Below are positions 29,410-39,289 of a DNA stretch of 64,000 nt, piece by piece. This DNA comes from Alphaproteobacteria bacterium (GTDB lineage: Bacteria > Pseudomonadota > Alphaproteobacteria > MPNO01): NCBI GenBank assembly GCA_965248835.1, contig CBDFLJ010000001.1, positions 1,952,001 through 2,016,000 on the forward strand. Direction: 5' to 3'. How positions within the stretch are numbered: the first letter of the stretch is position 1; each line of letters starts with the position of its first letter. The notes under the pieces are model-generated. The model did no database searches and had not been told where the DNA came from. It saw only the letters and a program-made list of their open reading frames with translations. The translations under genes and the position numbers were made by a program.

Positions 29410-30606
29410 ATGGAATTCACGCTGCCGCCCGAGATCGAGGACTACAGGATTCGCGTGCGCGCGTTCGTCGCCGAGCACATCCTGCCGCTGGAGGCCGATC
29501 CGGCCAACGCCGAGCCGCACGAGAACATCCGCGAGGACGTGCTCAAGACCGTCCGCGCCAAGGTCAAGGAGGCCGGTCTGTGGGCGCTCCAGATGCCAAA
29601 GGCCCGCGGCGGCCAGGGATTGCCGGTGGTCGGCATGGCGGCCTGCTACGAGGAGATGAACCGCTCGATCTACGGCCCGGTCTGCTTCAACTGCGCAGCA
29701 CCGGATGACGGCAACATGATGGTCCTGGAGAAGGTCGCCACCGAGGCCCAGAAGGAGCGCTGGCTGCAGCCGATCGTCGACGGCACGGTGCGCTCGTCCT
29801 TCGTGATGACCGAGCCGATGCCGGGTTCGGGCTCCGACCCTTCGGCGATGCGGACCACGGCGACCCGCCGCGGCGGGAGCTGGGTGATCGAGGGCCACAA
29901 GTGGTTCATCACCGGCGCCGAGGGCGCGCAGCACTTTTTGCTGATCGCCCGGACCTCGGAGGACCGTCGCCGGGGGTTGACGGCGTTCGCCTTCGATGCC
30001 GATCAGCCCGGGTGGGAGATCGTCCGGCGCATCCCGATCATGGGCCCCGAGGAGCATGGCGGACATTGCGAGCTGCGCTTCGACGGGCTGGAGATCAACG
30101 ACGAGAACCGGCTGATGGAGGTCGGCGACGGGCTCAAGTTCACCCAGATCCGGCTGGGCACCGCGCGGCTGACCCACTGCATGCGCTGGACCGGCATGGC
30201 CAAGCGCGCGCTGGAGGAATGCTTCGACTATGTGCGTGCGCGCGACAGCTTCGGTTCCAAGCTCGCCGAGCACGAGGGCGTCCAGTGGATGCTGGGCGAG
30301 GCGGCCATGCAGGTCGAGATCGGCCGGCTGATGACCATGCGGGCCGCGGCCAAGCTCGATACCGGCGACTTCGCCCGCAAGGAGGTGTCGATGGCGAAGA
30401 TCGTCGTCTCCGAAGCGCTGCACAAGGCGATCGACACGGCGATCCAGCTTCTGGGGGCGCGCGGCTATTCCAAGGACACCAAGCTGGAGTGGATGTACCG
30501 CTATGCCCGCCAGGGCCGGATCATCGACGGCGCATCGGAGGTCCACAAGATGGTGATGTCCCGCGAGCTTCTGGCCGAGGGCATCGATTTCTGGAGCTGG
30601 GATTGA
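29410..30606 (+). CDS. Acyl-CoA dehydrogenase, LvaC/ACAD10-11-like
   Basis: NCAAPDDGN, MTEPMPGSGSDPS, ARLTHCMRW and IIDGASEVHK. Confidence 0.85.
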   Translation: MEFTLPPEIEDYRIRVRAFVAEHILPLEADPANAEPHENIREDVLKTVRAKVKEAGLWALQMPKARGGQGLPVVGMAACYEEMNRSIYGPVCFNCAAPDDGNMMVLEKVATEAQKERWLQPIVDGTVRSSFVMTEPMPGSGSDPSAMRTTATRRGGSWVIEGHKWFITGAEGAQHFLLIARTSEDRRRGLTAFAFDADQPGWEIVRRIPIMGPEEHGGHCELRFDGLEINDENRLMEVGDGLKFTQIRLGTARLTHCMRWTGMAKRALEECFDYVRARDSFGSKLAEHEGVQWMLGEAAMQVEIGRLMTMRAAAKLDTGDFARKEVSMAKIVVSEALHKAIDTAIQLLGARGYSKDTKLEWMYRYARQGRIIDGASEVHKMVMSRELLAEGIDFWSWD

Positions 30607-31589
30607 GCGGGCTGGCCGGGTTCATCGCCCGGGCGGCGCGCGCGGATTCGGTCACCATCGCGCACGACGCCAAGCTCGCGGGCGGCGCGATCCAGGAAAA
30701 CCGGGCGCTCGATGTCGCCATCGAAGGCGGCGACTACCATGGCAGCCACGCGCTGGTCCTGCGCACCGAGGCGCGTTCCTCGGTCCCGCCGAGCCGGCCG
30801 ATCGCCCAGCAGTTCGCTTTCCTGAAAGCCGCACGCGCGGCCGGCGTGACCGTGCCCGAGCCGCTGTGGCTGTGCACGGACGCGGCGGTGACCGGCCGGC
30901 CGTTCTTCATCATGCGCCGCATCGCCGGTGTCGCGCTCGGCAACCGCGTGGTCAGAGGCGGACCCAACGAGGCGCTTGCTGCCAAGCTGGGGGCCGAGCT
31001 CGCCCGTATCCATTCCATCGTCCCGCCGCGAAGCGATCTCGCCTTCCTCGGCGATCCGCCGGCCGCGCCGGCGATGGCGGGCATTCGGACCTACCGCGCC
31101 TATCTCGATGCCGAGCCGCTTCCCCATCCGGCGGTCGAATGGGGCCTGCGCTGGCTCACCCGCCGCGCGCCGCCCGGCGGGGAGATCGTGCTCGCCCATC
31201 ATGATTTCCGCACCGGCAATTACATGATCGACGGCGACCGGCTGACCGGCATCCTCGATTGGGAGTTCGCCGGCTGGTCCGACCCGATGGAGGACCTCGC
31301 CTGGTTCTGCGCCAAGTGCTGGCGGTTCGGCGCCAACCATCTCGAAGCCGGCGGCATCGCCCCGCGCGCGCCGTTCTACCGGGCATACCAGGACGCCTCG
31401 GGACGGGCGATCGAGCCGGATATCATCGCCTACTGGGAGGTCATGGCCCATGTCCGCTGGGCGGCGATCGCCATCCAGCAGGCCGGCCGCCACCTGTCGG
31501 GGCGCGAGCCCGACCTGGAGCTCGCGCTGATCGGCCGCAAGGTGGCCGAACTCGAGCACGAGATTCTCGCCATGACCGGAAAGGCTTGA
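30603..31589 (+). CDS. APH-family phosphotransferase, LvaA-like
   Basis: GGAIQEN, VPEPLWLC, HHDFRTGN, ILDWEF and DPMEDLAWFC; TTG start overlaps the ACAD stop. Confidence 0.85.
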   Translation: MSGLAGFIARAARADSVTIAHDAKLAGGAIQENRALDVAIEGGDYHGSHALVLRTEARSSVPPSRPIAQQFAFLKAARAAGVTVPEPLWLCTDAAVTGRPFFIMRRIAGVALGNRVVRGGPNEALAAKLGAELARIHSIVPPRSDLAFLGDPPAAPAMAGIRTYRAYLDAEPLPHPAVEWGLRWLTRRAPPGGEIVLAHHDFRTGNYMIDGDRLTGILDWEFAGWSDPMEDLAWFCAKCWRFGANHLEAGGIAPRAPFYRAYQDASGRAIEPDIIAYWEVMAHVRWAAIAIQQAGRHLSGREPDLELALIGRKVAELEHEILAMTGKA

Positions 31590-31592
31590 GCG

Positions 31593-31949
31593 ATGCGCGA
31601 CCAGCCGACCGCCGTCGACCTGCTGGAGACCGCGCGCCGGGCGCTGATGGACCGGCTTCTGCCCGCCCTGCCGGGAGACCAGCGCTACACCGCGCATCTG
31701 ATCGGCGCAGCCATGGCGATCGCGGCCCGCGAAGCCGGCGCCGGCGGCGCGGCAGAGGCCGCCGAGAAGCGCGCGCTGTCGGCCCTGCTGGCCAGCGACG
31801 GCTCGCTCGAAGACCTCAACCGGGCCTTTGCCGCGGCGATCCGCGAAGGCCGGTTCGATACCGAGCGCGAGCAGGCCTACCGGATTCTCGTCGAGGCGAC
31901 CCGGGCCAAGCTCCTGGAGAACAACCCGGGCTATCTAGGCGAGAGCTGA
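31593..31949 (+). CDS. Small LvaB-like (DUF6285-type) partner protein
   Basis: LLETARRAL..LLPALP..RY.....AMAIAARE and C-terminal L..NNPGYL; directly follows the kinase gene. Confidence 0.78.
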   Translation: MRDQPTAVDLLETARRALMDRLLPALPGDQRYTAHLIGAAMAIAAREAGAGGAAEAAEKRALSALLASDGSLEDLNRAFAAAIREGRFDTEREQAYRILVEATRAKLLENNPGYLGES

Positions 31950-33281
31950 TTCGACGCCGGCGGCGAGCCGCAGCAGATCCGCATCGCCCATCGTCGGGCC
32001 GACCAGCGTCAGCCCGACCGGGCCCGAGCCCGGCGGGTGGCACGGCAGCGTGATCGCCGGTCGGTCGAGGAAGTTTGCCACATAGGTGTTGCGCAGGATC
32101 AGGGCATTGGCGGTAAGCCAATGCGCCCTGTCGCCGGTGAAGCTCGCGATCGGCGGTGCAAGGATGGCCAAGGTCGGCATCGCGAGGGCATCGAAATCGG
32201 CGGTCGCCCGCCCGGCGCGTTCGACCAGCGCGTTGCGGCCTTCGAGAAGGTCGATATAGGCGGCCGCGGTGATGTTGGCACCGGCCATGAACCGTTCGGC
32301 GATGATCGGGTCGTATTGGTCGGCGCCGGTCTCCAGCAATTCGCGGTGCCAGGCATAGCCCTCGGCGATCGAGAACGGCCCGAGGCTGTTGATGCCGGCG
32401 ATCTCGTCGAGTTCCGGCAAGCTGATCTCGACGATCCTGGCACCGGCTGCCGACAGCTTCGAGAGCGCCGCCTGAAAAGCAGCCGCGACCGCCTCGTCGA
32501 GATCGTCGAGGACAAGGTTCTGCGGCACCGCGATGGTCGCGTGCGCGACGGGCCTGGCTTGCAGCGGCCGGAGCGCCTCGCCGGCGAAGATCGCATCGAC
32601 CAGCGCGCAGCAGGCCACCGACCGGCCCAGCGGGCCGGCCGAATCCAGCGTCTTGGCGAGCGGCGTCAGCCCTTCGGTCGGCACCCGCCGACTGGTCGGC
32701 TTGAAGCCCACCAGCCCGCAGAACCCGGCCGGCATGCGGATCGAGCCGGCGGTGTCGGTGCCCAGCGCGACGGCCGCCATGCCGTCGGTCACCGAGACCG
32801 CCGCGCCGGACGACGAGCCGCCCGGAACGCGGCCGGTCGCGCGGTCCCACGGATTGCGCGGCGTATCGTAGTGCGGGTTCAGCCCGACGGCGCCGAGCGC
32901 GAACTCGACCATGTTGGTCGTGCCCATCACCACGGCACCTGCGGCGCGCAGCCGGGCGAGCACCGGTGCGTCCCGCGTCGCCGCCGGCCGGCCCTCCAGC
33001 ACCTTGGAGCCGGCCAGGGTGGTATAGCCCTGGACGTCGCACAGGTCCTTGACCGAGACCGGGATGCCGGCCAGCGGAGAGGGCACGATGCCGCGGGCGC
33101 GCAGCGCATCGCTCGCCGCCGCCGCGGCGAGGGCGGCGTCCTTGAAGAGCCGGATGAAGACCCTGCCGCCCTCGCCCGCTGGATCCTCGATGCGGGCCAG
33201 CGCTTCGTTGGTCAGCGCGAGCGCGGTCGTCCGGCCGGCGGCGAGGTCCCCGGCAATCTCATGCAACGTCTGCACGGGCAT
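31935..33281 (-). CDS. Amidase (amidase-signature family)
   Basis: VSVKD, GGSSSG and GTDTAGSIR (Lys-cisSer-Ser triad); GGAGG upstream. Confidence 0.9.
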   Translation of the reverse strand: MPVQTLHEIAGDLAAGRTTALALTNEALARIEDPAGEGGRVFIRLFKDAALAAAAASDALRARGIVPSPLAGIPVSVKDLCDVQGYTTLAGSKVLEGRPAATRDAPVLARLRAAGAVVMGTTNMVEFALGAVGLNPHYDTPRNPWDRATGRVPGGSSSGAAVSVTDGMAAVALGTDTAGSIRMPAGFCGLVGFKPTSRRVPTEGLTPLAKTLDSAGPLGRSVACCALVDAIFAGEALRPLQARPVAHATIAVPQNLVLDDLDEAVAAAFQAALSKLSAAGARIVEISLPELDEIAGINSLGPFSIAEGYAWHRELLETGADQYDPIIAERFMAGANITAAAYIDLLEGRNALVERAGRATADFDALAMPTLAILAPPIASFTGDRAHWLTANALILRNTYVANFLDRPAITLPCHPPGSGPVGLTLVGPTMGDADLLRLAAGVESALA

Positions 33282-34314
33282 CCTCCCCCTTCGATTGGGC
33301 TGCAATCCTGTTGTTCAGCAGCTCCCGCATCCGCAGCGCCGGCGCATCGACGTTGATGTCGATCACCGGTGCATCGGGCATCTCATCGACCATGCGCTGC
33401 TGCGCCTCCATGATCGCGAGGTCCTGATGGAAGACCCGCAGGAAATCCGTGCGGTAGACCTCGTCCATCACCGCGCTGTCGATCTGGAACAGCCGCGAAT
33501 GGGCGTAGAAATGATGCGTCGTCGTCGCGGTCTCCGGTGTCGGGCAGTTGGGGACGTGGAAGGCGATCCCCTGGTTGCGGTTGCCGTCCAGCGCGCCGCG
33601 CCCGATTTCGGCGCAGCCGACGTCGACATCGACATAGACCGGCAGGCGCGCATCCACGATCTGCCAGCGATCGACCGCCCCGGTGAAGCCACCGACCGTC
33701 GTGTAGAATGCCGCCGGCTCGACTTCGGGCATGATCCGGGTCATGCGGACCCCGTCGGCCAGCCGTTCGGTGCGGCACGGGAACCGGGTGATCACGTCGT
33801 TGCCGATCGAATCGGCGTGAACGAAGCTCAGATGCGACAGGTCGAGCAGGTTCTCGATGATCGTCAGGTAGTTGCAGCGGGTATAAAGGGGCGTCGCGTG
33901 GTTGCCCGGCACCGTCTTCCATTCGGGGTGGTCCATCCACCACCAGTCGGGCAGCAGGCGCTCGTCGGCGCGGGTCGGATCGCCCATCCAGACCCACACC
34001 CAGCCCGCGCGCTCGACAAGCGGGTAGGACCGCACGACGGCGCCCGGCGGGATCCGGCTCTGGCCCGGCACCGCGACACATTGCCCGTCGGGCGCAAACT
34101 CCAGGCCGTGATAGCCGCATTGCAGCCGGTTGCCCACCACCGTGCCCATCGACAGCGGCAGCGCGCGGTGGCAGCAGCGGTCGGCCAGCGCCACCGCCGC
34201 ACCGTCCGCGGTCCGGTAGAGCACGACCGGCTCGTCGAGCAGCGTGCGGGCGACCGGCGCATCCCCGATCTCCGAGCTCCACGCGGCGACATACCAGCAG
34301 TCCTTCAGGAACAT
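33259..34314 (-). CDS. Rieske non-heme iron oxygenase alpha subunit (VanA-like demethylase family)
   Basis: CCHR...CGYHG Rieske motif; ENLLDLSHLSFVH and QD mononuclear Fe ligands. Confidence 0.9.
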   Translation of the reverse strand: MFLKDCWYVAAWSSEIGDAPVARTLLDEPVVLYRTADGAAVALADRCCHRALPLSMGTVVGNRLQCGYHGLEFAPDGQCVAVPGQSRIPPGAVVRSYPLVERAGWVWVWMGDPTRADERLLPDWWWMDHPEWKTVPGNHATPLYTRCNYLTIIENLLDLSHLSFVHADSIGNDVITRFPCRTERLADGVRMTRIMPEVEPAAFYTTVGGFTGAVDRWQIVDARLPVYVDVDVGCAEIGRGALDGNRNQGIAFHVPNCPTPETATTTHHFYAHSRLFQIDSAVMDEVYRTDFLRVFHQDLAIMEAQQRMVDEMPDAPVIDINVDAPALRMRELLNNRIAAQSKGEDARADVA

Positions 34315-34470
34315 CGTCTCGTCCTCAACGGTCGTATTGATCAGCCGATTTGGCGCGGCACCGGGCTACGGTGTCATCCCGTGAAGCGATGTGCAAGACG
34401 CGGCGTGCGGCTCGCACCGCCCTGGCTTGGCGGCTAAGATCGGCCGCAAACCGCACTAGGGAGGCCTGCC

Positions 34471-35580
34471 GTGTTCGACTTCCTATTCCCGAGCCATGCC
34501 TTCGGCTCCCAGACTCTTCGCCTTGTGGCCGAGGCCCAGCAAGGCGGCGGTGATGTCTTCGACATCGCGCGAACCTGCCGGGAGATCACCGAGGGCGATC
34601 ACGAGAGCTGGGAACGGGAGTGGATCGCGCTGGCGCGACGGATCGAGGGCAAGGCGCGCGATGCGCTGGCCGCCGGGCGCAAGACCACCGCGCGGAAATA
34701 CTTCTTCCAGGCCAACCAGTACTGGCGCATGGCCAATGTGTTCCTCGACAGCGACCGCAACGCCGACCGGGCCGAACGCTTCGCCAAGGCGCAGGCGTGT
34801 TTCCGCGAGGGTGCAGCCCTGCACAGCCCGCCGATCGAGGTCATCGAGGTGCGCTGCGGCGATGAGACCTATGAAGGCTATTTCTGCCACCCCTTCGATC
34901 CGGCGCCGGGAAAGTGGCCGGCCGTCCTGTTCCTCGGCGGCGCGGACGCTTATGCCGAGGAGATCTATTTCAGCGGCCGGCAATTGAGCGAGCGCGGCTG
35001 GGCGATGCTCCTGGTCGACACGCCCGGGCGCGGCTCGTCGATGTACCTGAAGGGCATTCCGACGCGCCCGGACTACGAGGTCCCGGGCATGGCCGCGGTC
35101 GACTACCTGGTCTTGCGGCCGGAGATCGATGCGCAGCGCATCGGATTGATGGGGATCAGCATGGCCGGCTACTACGCACCGCGCGTTGCCGCCTTCGACA
35201 AGCGGATCAAGGCGCTGGTCTGCTGGTGCGGCTGCTACAGCCTGCTGACCGACATCTACGAGCATTACGAGGGGCTGCGCCCGACCCTGCGCCGCCTGCT
35301 CGGCGGGATCGACGATGCCGAGGCCCGTCGGCGGCTTCAGGCCTTCACCATGGAAGGCATCGCCGCCAACATCACCTGCCCCACCCTGATCAGCCACGCG
35401 GCGCCGGACCGGCTGATGGCGGTCGAGGGCGCCAGACGCCTGTTCGAGGAAGTCGGGGCCGCCGACAAGACGCTGGAGGTCTACGACGATCCCAAACGCG
35501 GCGGCATCGCCCATTGCAGCCACGATGCCTGGGCCCACAACCTGCCGATGATGCTGGATTGGCTGGAGGACCGCCTGTAA
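34471..35580 (+). CDS. Alpha/beta hydrolase, 2,6-dihydroxypseudooxynicotine hydrolase-like
   Basis: GGADAYAEE, DTPGRG, GISMAGYYAPR and GGIAHC; GGAGG upstream. Confidence 0.85.
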   Translation: MFDFLFPSHAFGSQTLRLVAEAQQGGGDVFDIARTCREITEGDHESWEREWIALARRIEGKARDALAAGRKTTARKYFFQANQYWRMANVFLDSDRNADRAERFAKAQACFREGAALHSPPIEVIEVRCGDETYEGYFCHPFDPAPGKWPAVLFLGGADAYAEEIYFSGRQLSERGWAMLLVDTPGRGSSMYLKGIPTRPDYEVPGMAAVDYLVLRPEIDAQRIGLMGISMAGYYAPRVAAFDKRIKALVCWCGCYSLLTDIYEHYEGLRPTLRRLLGGIDDAEARRRLQAFTMEGIAANITCPTLISHAAPDRLMAVEGARRLFEEVGAADKTLEVYDDPKRGGIAHCSHDAWAHNLPMMLDWLEDRL

Positions 35581-35623
35581 TGCGTGTCCCGGTCGGATCG
35601 CGCCGGTCCGATCGGGATCCGCT

Positions 35624-36808
35624 TTAGCCAAGCCGCCGGAACGCCATCTCCAGCCGTCCCAGGCGGCGGGCGCCCGATGGCTCGACAACGATGGTATTGC
35701 CGGTGCGGATCGCGCGTGCATCATCGGCCGAGGTCGCCCAGGGCTTGAGAACGAAGCAGTGCCCGGCCTCGACGACGCGGCCCTGGGCGTCACCGCCGGG
35801 CCGCGTGGTCGGGCCGTCCTGTCCGAGCCCGAGGCCGTGGCCCATCGTCGGCGCGGCTCTGAGTCCCGCCTTGTCCATGTGGGCGCCCCAAAGCGCGATC
35901 AGATCGGCGTAGGCGACGCCGGGGCGGATCGCCGCCATCAGCGCCTCGAAGCATGCGGCCGAGGCCTCGAAGAGGCGCTCGTAGTCGGCGCCGGGCGCAC
36001 CCAGCGAGACCGCCTCCAGGCTCTGCGCCATGTAGCCGGCATACTTGATCTCGGACTCGCAGATCAGGATGTCGCCGGGCTCGAGCTCGCGTTCGGTGGG
36101 CAGCAGGAAGGTCTGGTTGGGTGCCTTGCCGATGCCGATCAGGAGCATCGCCGGCACCTCGCCGCCGGCACGGATGTGGGCGGCCATCATCTCTGCATAG
36201 AGTGCGTGCTCGGTGACGCCGGGCCGGGCGGTCGCGAAGACCGCCGCGCTGATCGCATCCGCGCAGACCTGCGCCCGTGCGATCAGCGCGATCTCCTCAT
36301 CGCTCTTGACCTGGCGGATGTCGTGCATGATCGCCGTCGCGTCCTCGATCGCGGCATCGGGCAGGGCGGTCCTGAGCGCCTCGAGCTCGCCGGCCGTCAC
36401 GGTCCCGTCGGGGAAGCGCAGGACGCCGGAAAGCCCGACGACGCCGATACGTCCGGCGGCGTGCCCGAGATCCGCCACGGCCTGGACCATCGCCTCGCCC
36501 CAGCGGCCCTCGCTCGTGGCCCGGACCTCGCTCACCCAGTCCTGGGCCGCCTGCCAGAAACCCACCCGGCGCGGCTCGCGGACGATGGCGATCGGCTCGC
36601 CCCTGATCGGGAAGACCGCCGCGGCCGCGGTCCCGCCGCCGCCGATCGCGGTCAAATAGCGGACATCGGGCTGGCAGGCATCCCACTCACCGGTGTTCTG
36701 CGGCGCCACCAGGCAGTCGAGCCCGGCGGCGTCCATCGCCGCGCGCACCAGCCCGTAGCGCCGGTCGCGCTCGGCAAGGCTCGGCCTTGGTAATCGGATC
36801 GAGTCCAT
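35624..36808 (-). CDS. M24 (creatinase/Xaa-Pro peptidase) fold protein lacking most metal ligands
   Basis: SLAERDRR N-terminus, RQVKSDEEI and GHGLGL; GGAGG upstream of ATG 36808. Confidence 0.82.
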   Translation of the reverse strand: MDSIRLPRPSLAERDRRYGLVRAAMDAAGLDCLVAPQNTGEWDACQPDVRYLTAIGGGGTAAAAVFPIRGEPIAIVREPRRVGFWQAAQDWVSEVRATSEGRWGEAMVQAVADLGHAAGRIGVVGLSGVLRFPDGTVTAGELEALRTALPDAAIEDATAIMHDIRQVKSDEEIALIARAQVCADAISAAVFATARPGVTEHALYAEMMAAHIRAGGEVPAMLLIGIGKAPNQTFLLPTERELEPGDILICESEIKYAGYMAQSLEAVSLGAPGADYERLFEASAACFEALMAAIRPGVAYADLIALWGAHMDKAGLRAAPTMGHGLGLGQDGPTTRPGGDAQGRVVEAGHCFVLKPWATSADDARAIRTGNTIVVEPSGARRLGRLEMAFRRLG

Positions 36809-36896
36809 CCCACCTCCAGGTTGCCTGGCGCGATCTTCGCTGCTTGTTGGCGCCATGGCCAGCCGATAGGCTGGCCGCGCCACCTTGGAGTCCGAA

Positions 36897-38066
36897 GTGT
36901 CCGTCACGACCAAGCGGTTCGGCACGTTTCTCGCGCCGTTTCACGCCACCGGCGAGAACCCGACGCTTGCGCTCGCCCGCGACATGGCGCTGGTCGAGCA
37001 TCTCGACCGGTTGGGCTTCGACGAGGTCTGGATCGGCGAGCACCATTCCGGCGGGATGGAGATCATCGCCTCGCCGGAAATCTTCATCGCCGCGGCCGCG
37101 GAGCGGACCCGACGGATCCGGCTCGGCACCGGCGTGGTCTCGCTGCCCTACCATAACCCGTTCCAGGTCGCGGACCGCATCAACCAGCTCGACCATCAGA
37201 CCATGGGGCGGGTGATGTTCGGGGTGGGCGCCGGCGCGCTGCCCTACGATGCGGACATGATCGGCATCGACGTAGGGCGCATCCGCGAGATGCAGGACGA
37301 GGCCCTGGACGTGCTGGTGCCGCTGCTGCGCGGCGAAACGGTCACCGCGAAGACCGGTTGGTTCACCCTGAAGGAGGCGCGGCTCCAGCTTGGCCCGTTC
37401 ACCCGCCCGCATGTCGAAATGGCGATCCCCTCTGTGGTTTCACCTTCGGGCCCGCGCGCGGCCGGCCGGCTCGGCATGAGCCTGCTTTCGACCGCGGCGA
37501 CCACCCAGGCTGCCTTCGAGGCACTGCCGCAGACCTGGCGGATCTGCGCCGAGGAGGCCGCCGCGCACGGCCGCGAGGTGCGGCGGCAGACCTGGCGCCT
37601 GGTCGGCCCGCTGCATATCGCCGAGACCCGCGATCAGGCCCGCGCCAACGTCCGTTTCGGCATCCAGCAATGGCTGCACTATTTCGCCCATGTCGGGCAC
37701 CTGCCGCTGGCCGCGACCGGCGCGGGCGACATCGACAGCGACATCGATGCGCTGATCGATGCCCAGATCGCGGTCATCGGCACGCCGGACGACCTGGTCG
37801 CCCAGATCGAGCGGCTCGATGCCCAATCCGGCGGCTTCGGCGTGTTCCTCGACATGGCCCACAACTGGGCCGATTTCGAGCAGACCAGGCGCAGCTACGA
37901 GCTGATCGCGCGCTACGTGATGCCCCGTTTCCGCGGCGGCGAGAACGCGCAGGAGGCCGCCTATCGCTGGGCAATGGAAAAGAAGCCCCAACTGCTGGAG
38001 CGGCGCCAGGCCGGCATCGACCGGGCGATCGCCCGCCACGAGGCGGACAAGGGCCGACGCCGATGA
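36897..38066 (+). CDS. LLM-class flavin-dependent monooxygenase (limonene 1,2-monooxygenase-like)
   Basis: FGTFLAPFH, WIGEHHS, GTGVVSLPYH and VIGTPDD. Confidence 0.87.
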   Translation: MSVTTKRFGTFLAPFHATGENPTLALARDMALVEHLDRLGFDEVWIGEHHSGGMEIIASPEIFIAAAAERTRRIRLGTGVVSLPYHNPFQVADRINQLDHQTMGRVMFGVGAGALPYDADMIGIDVGRIREMQDEALDVLVPLLRGETVTAKTGWFTLKEARLQLGPFTRPHVEMAIPSVVSPSGPRAAGRLGMSLLSTAATTQAAFEALPQTWRICAEEAAAHGREVRRQTWRLVGPLHIAETRDQARANVRFGIQQWLHYFAHVGHLPLAATGAGDIDSDIDALIDAQIAVIGTPDDLVAQIERLDAQSGGFGVFLDMAHNWADFEQTRRSYELIARYVMPRFRGGENAQEAAYRWAMEKKPQLLERRQAGIDRAIARHEADKGRRR

Positions 38067-39205
38067 AGTCCAGGGTCATGGTTCAGGTCGCCGACCGCAG
38101 GATCGAGCCGGACGAGCACGAAATCCCGCCGGTCGGGCCGAAGGAGGCGCTGCTGGCGGTCGAGGCCTGCGGGCTGTGCGGCTCGGACGTCGAGCAGTTT
38201 CGCGGCACCTTCGCAGCCAAGGGCATCATGCGCTACCCGGTGATCCCGGGCCACGAACCGGTCGGCCGGATCGCCGAGATCGGCGCCGAAGCGGCGCGAA
38301 CCTGGGGCGTCAAGACCGGCGACCGGGTAGCGCTGGAGCCCCATCTGTCCTGCGGGCGCTGCCATCTGTGTCTGGGCGGGGATTACCACAACTGCCGCTC
38401 GCTGATGCCGCCCGGCGCACCGCCCTGCTACGGCTACACCCCGCGCGATGTCGGGCACGGGCTGTGGGGCGGCTACGGCGAGTACATCCACCTGCACGAA
38501 CGCACGATGCTGCACAAGGTGCCCGAGTCGATGCCGCTTGCCCTTGCGAGCCTCTACCAGCCGATCGCGGCCGGCGTGCGCTGGGCGGTCCATGTGCCCA
38601 GGACGGCGATGGGCGATACCGTGCTGATCCTCGGCCACGGTCAGCGCGGGTTGGGCGCGGTGGTCGCCGCGCGCGAGGCGGGCGCGGGCACGATCATCAT
38701 CACCGGCACCTCTCGCAGTGCCTACAAGCTCCGCCTGGCCGAGGCGCTGGGGGCCGACCACACCATCGAGGCCGACCGCGAGGACGTTGTGGCGCGGGTG
38801 ATGGAGATCACCGACGGGGCCGGCGTCGACGTCGCGCTCGACGTGGTGCCCGGCGGCGCGGGCCCGGTCCGCGATGCGGTCGCGGCCGCGCGGATCGGCG
38901 GCACGATCGTCCTCAGCGGCATCAAGGGCAAGGACGAGACCGTCGATCTGGATGTCGACGCGGTGATCTACAAGGAGCTCGTCCTCAAGGGCGTCTATTC
39001 CCAGGCCCGCCAATCCTATCTGGAGGCCTTCCGGCTGCTCGAGCAGAACACCTATCGGCTGGAGCGGATGCACACCCACGAGTTCCTGCTTGAAGACGCC
39101 GCCCGTGCGCTGGAGACCCTGGGCCGGGAGCGCGACACCGACCAGGAGCCGGTCTGCGTCTCGCTCCATCCCGACCGCGCGACCATGGCGCTTGGTGGGC
39201 GCTGA
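38063..39205 (+). CDS. Zinc-dependent alcohol dehydrogenase (MDR family)
   Basis: CGLCGSD, PGHE, structural CGRCHLC...C, and Rossmann GHGQRG. Confidence 0.88.
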   Translation: MKSRVMVQVADRRIEPDEHEIPPVGPKEALLAVEACGLCGSDVEQFRGTFAAKGIMRYPVIPGHEPVGRIAEIGAEAARTWGVKTGDRVALEPHLSCGRCHLCLGGDYHNCRSLMPPGAPPCYGYTPRDVGHGLWGGYGEYIHLHERTMLHKVPESMPLALASLYQPIAAGVRWAVHVPRTAMGDTVLILGHGQRGLGAVVAAREAGAGTIIITGTSRSAYKLRLAEALGADHTIEADREDVVARVMEITDGAGVDVALDVVPGGAGPVRDAVAAARIGGTIVLSGIKGKDETVDLDVDAVIYKELVLKGVYSQARQSYLEAFRLLEQNTYRLERMHTHEFLLEDAARALETLGRERDTDQEPVCVSLHPDRATMALGGR

Positions 39206-39289
39206 TCCGGCCGCCGCCGGCCGCTACACGGCCGTTGTTATTCGATCCAAACTGCCGCACCATCGGGGCACGAGCACGGGGGTGATGTC

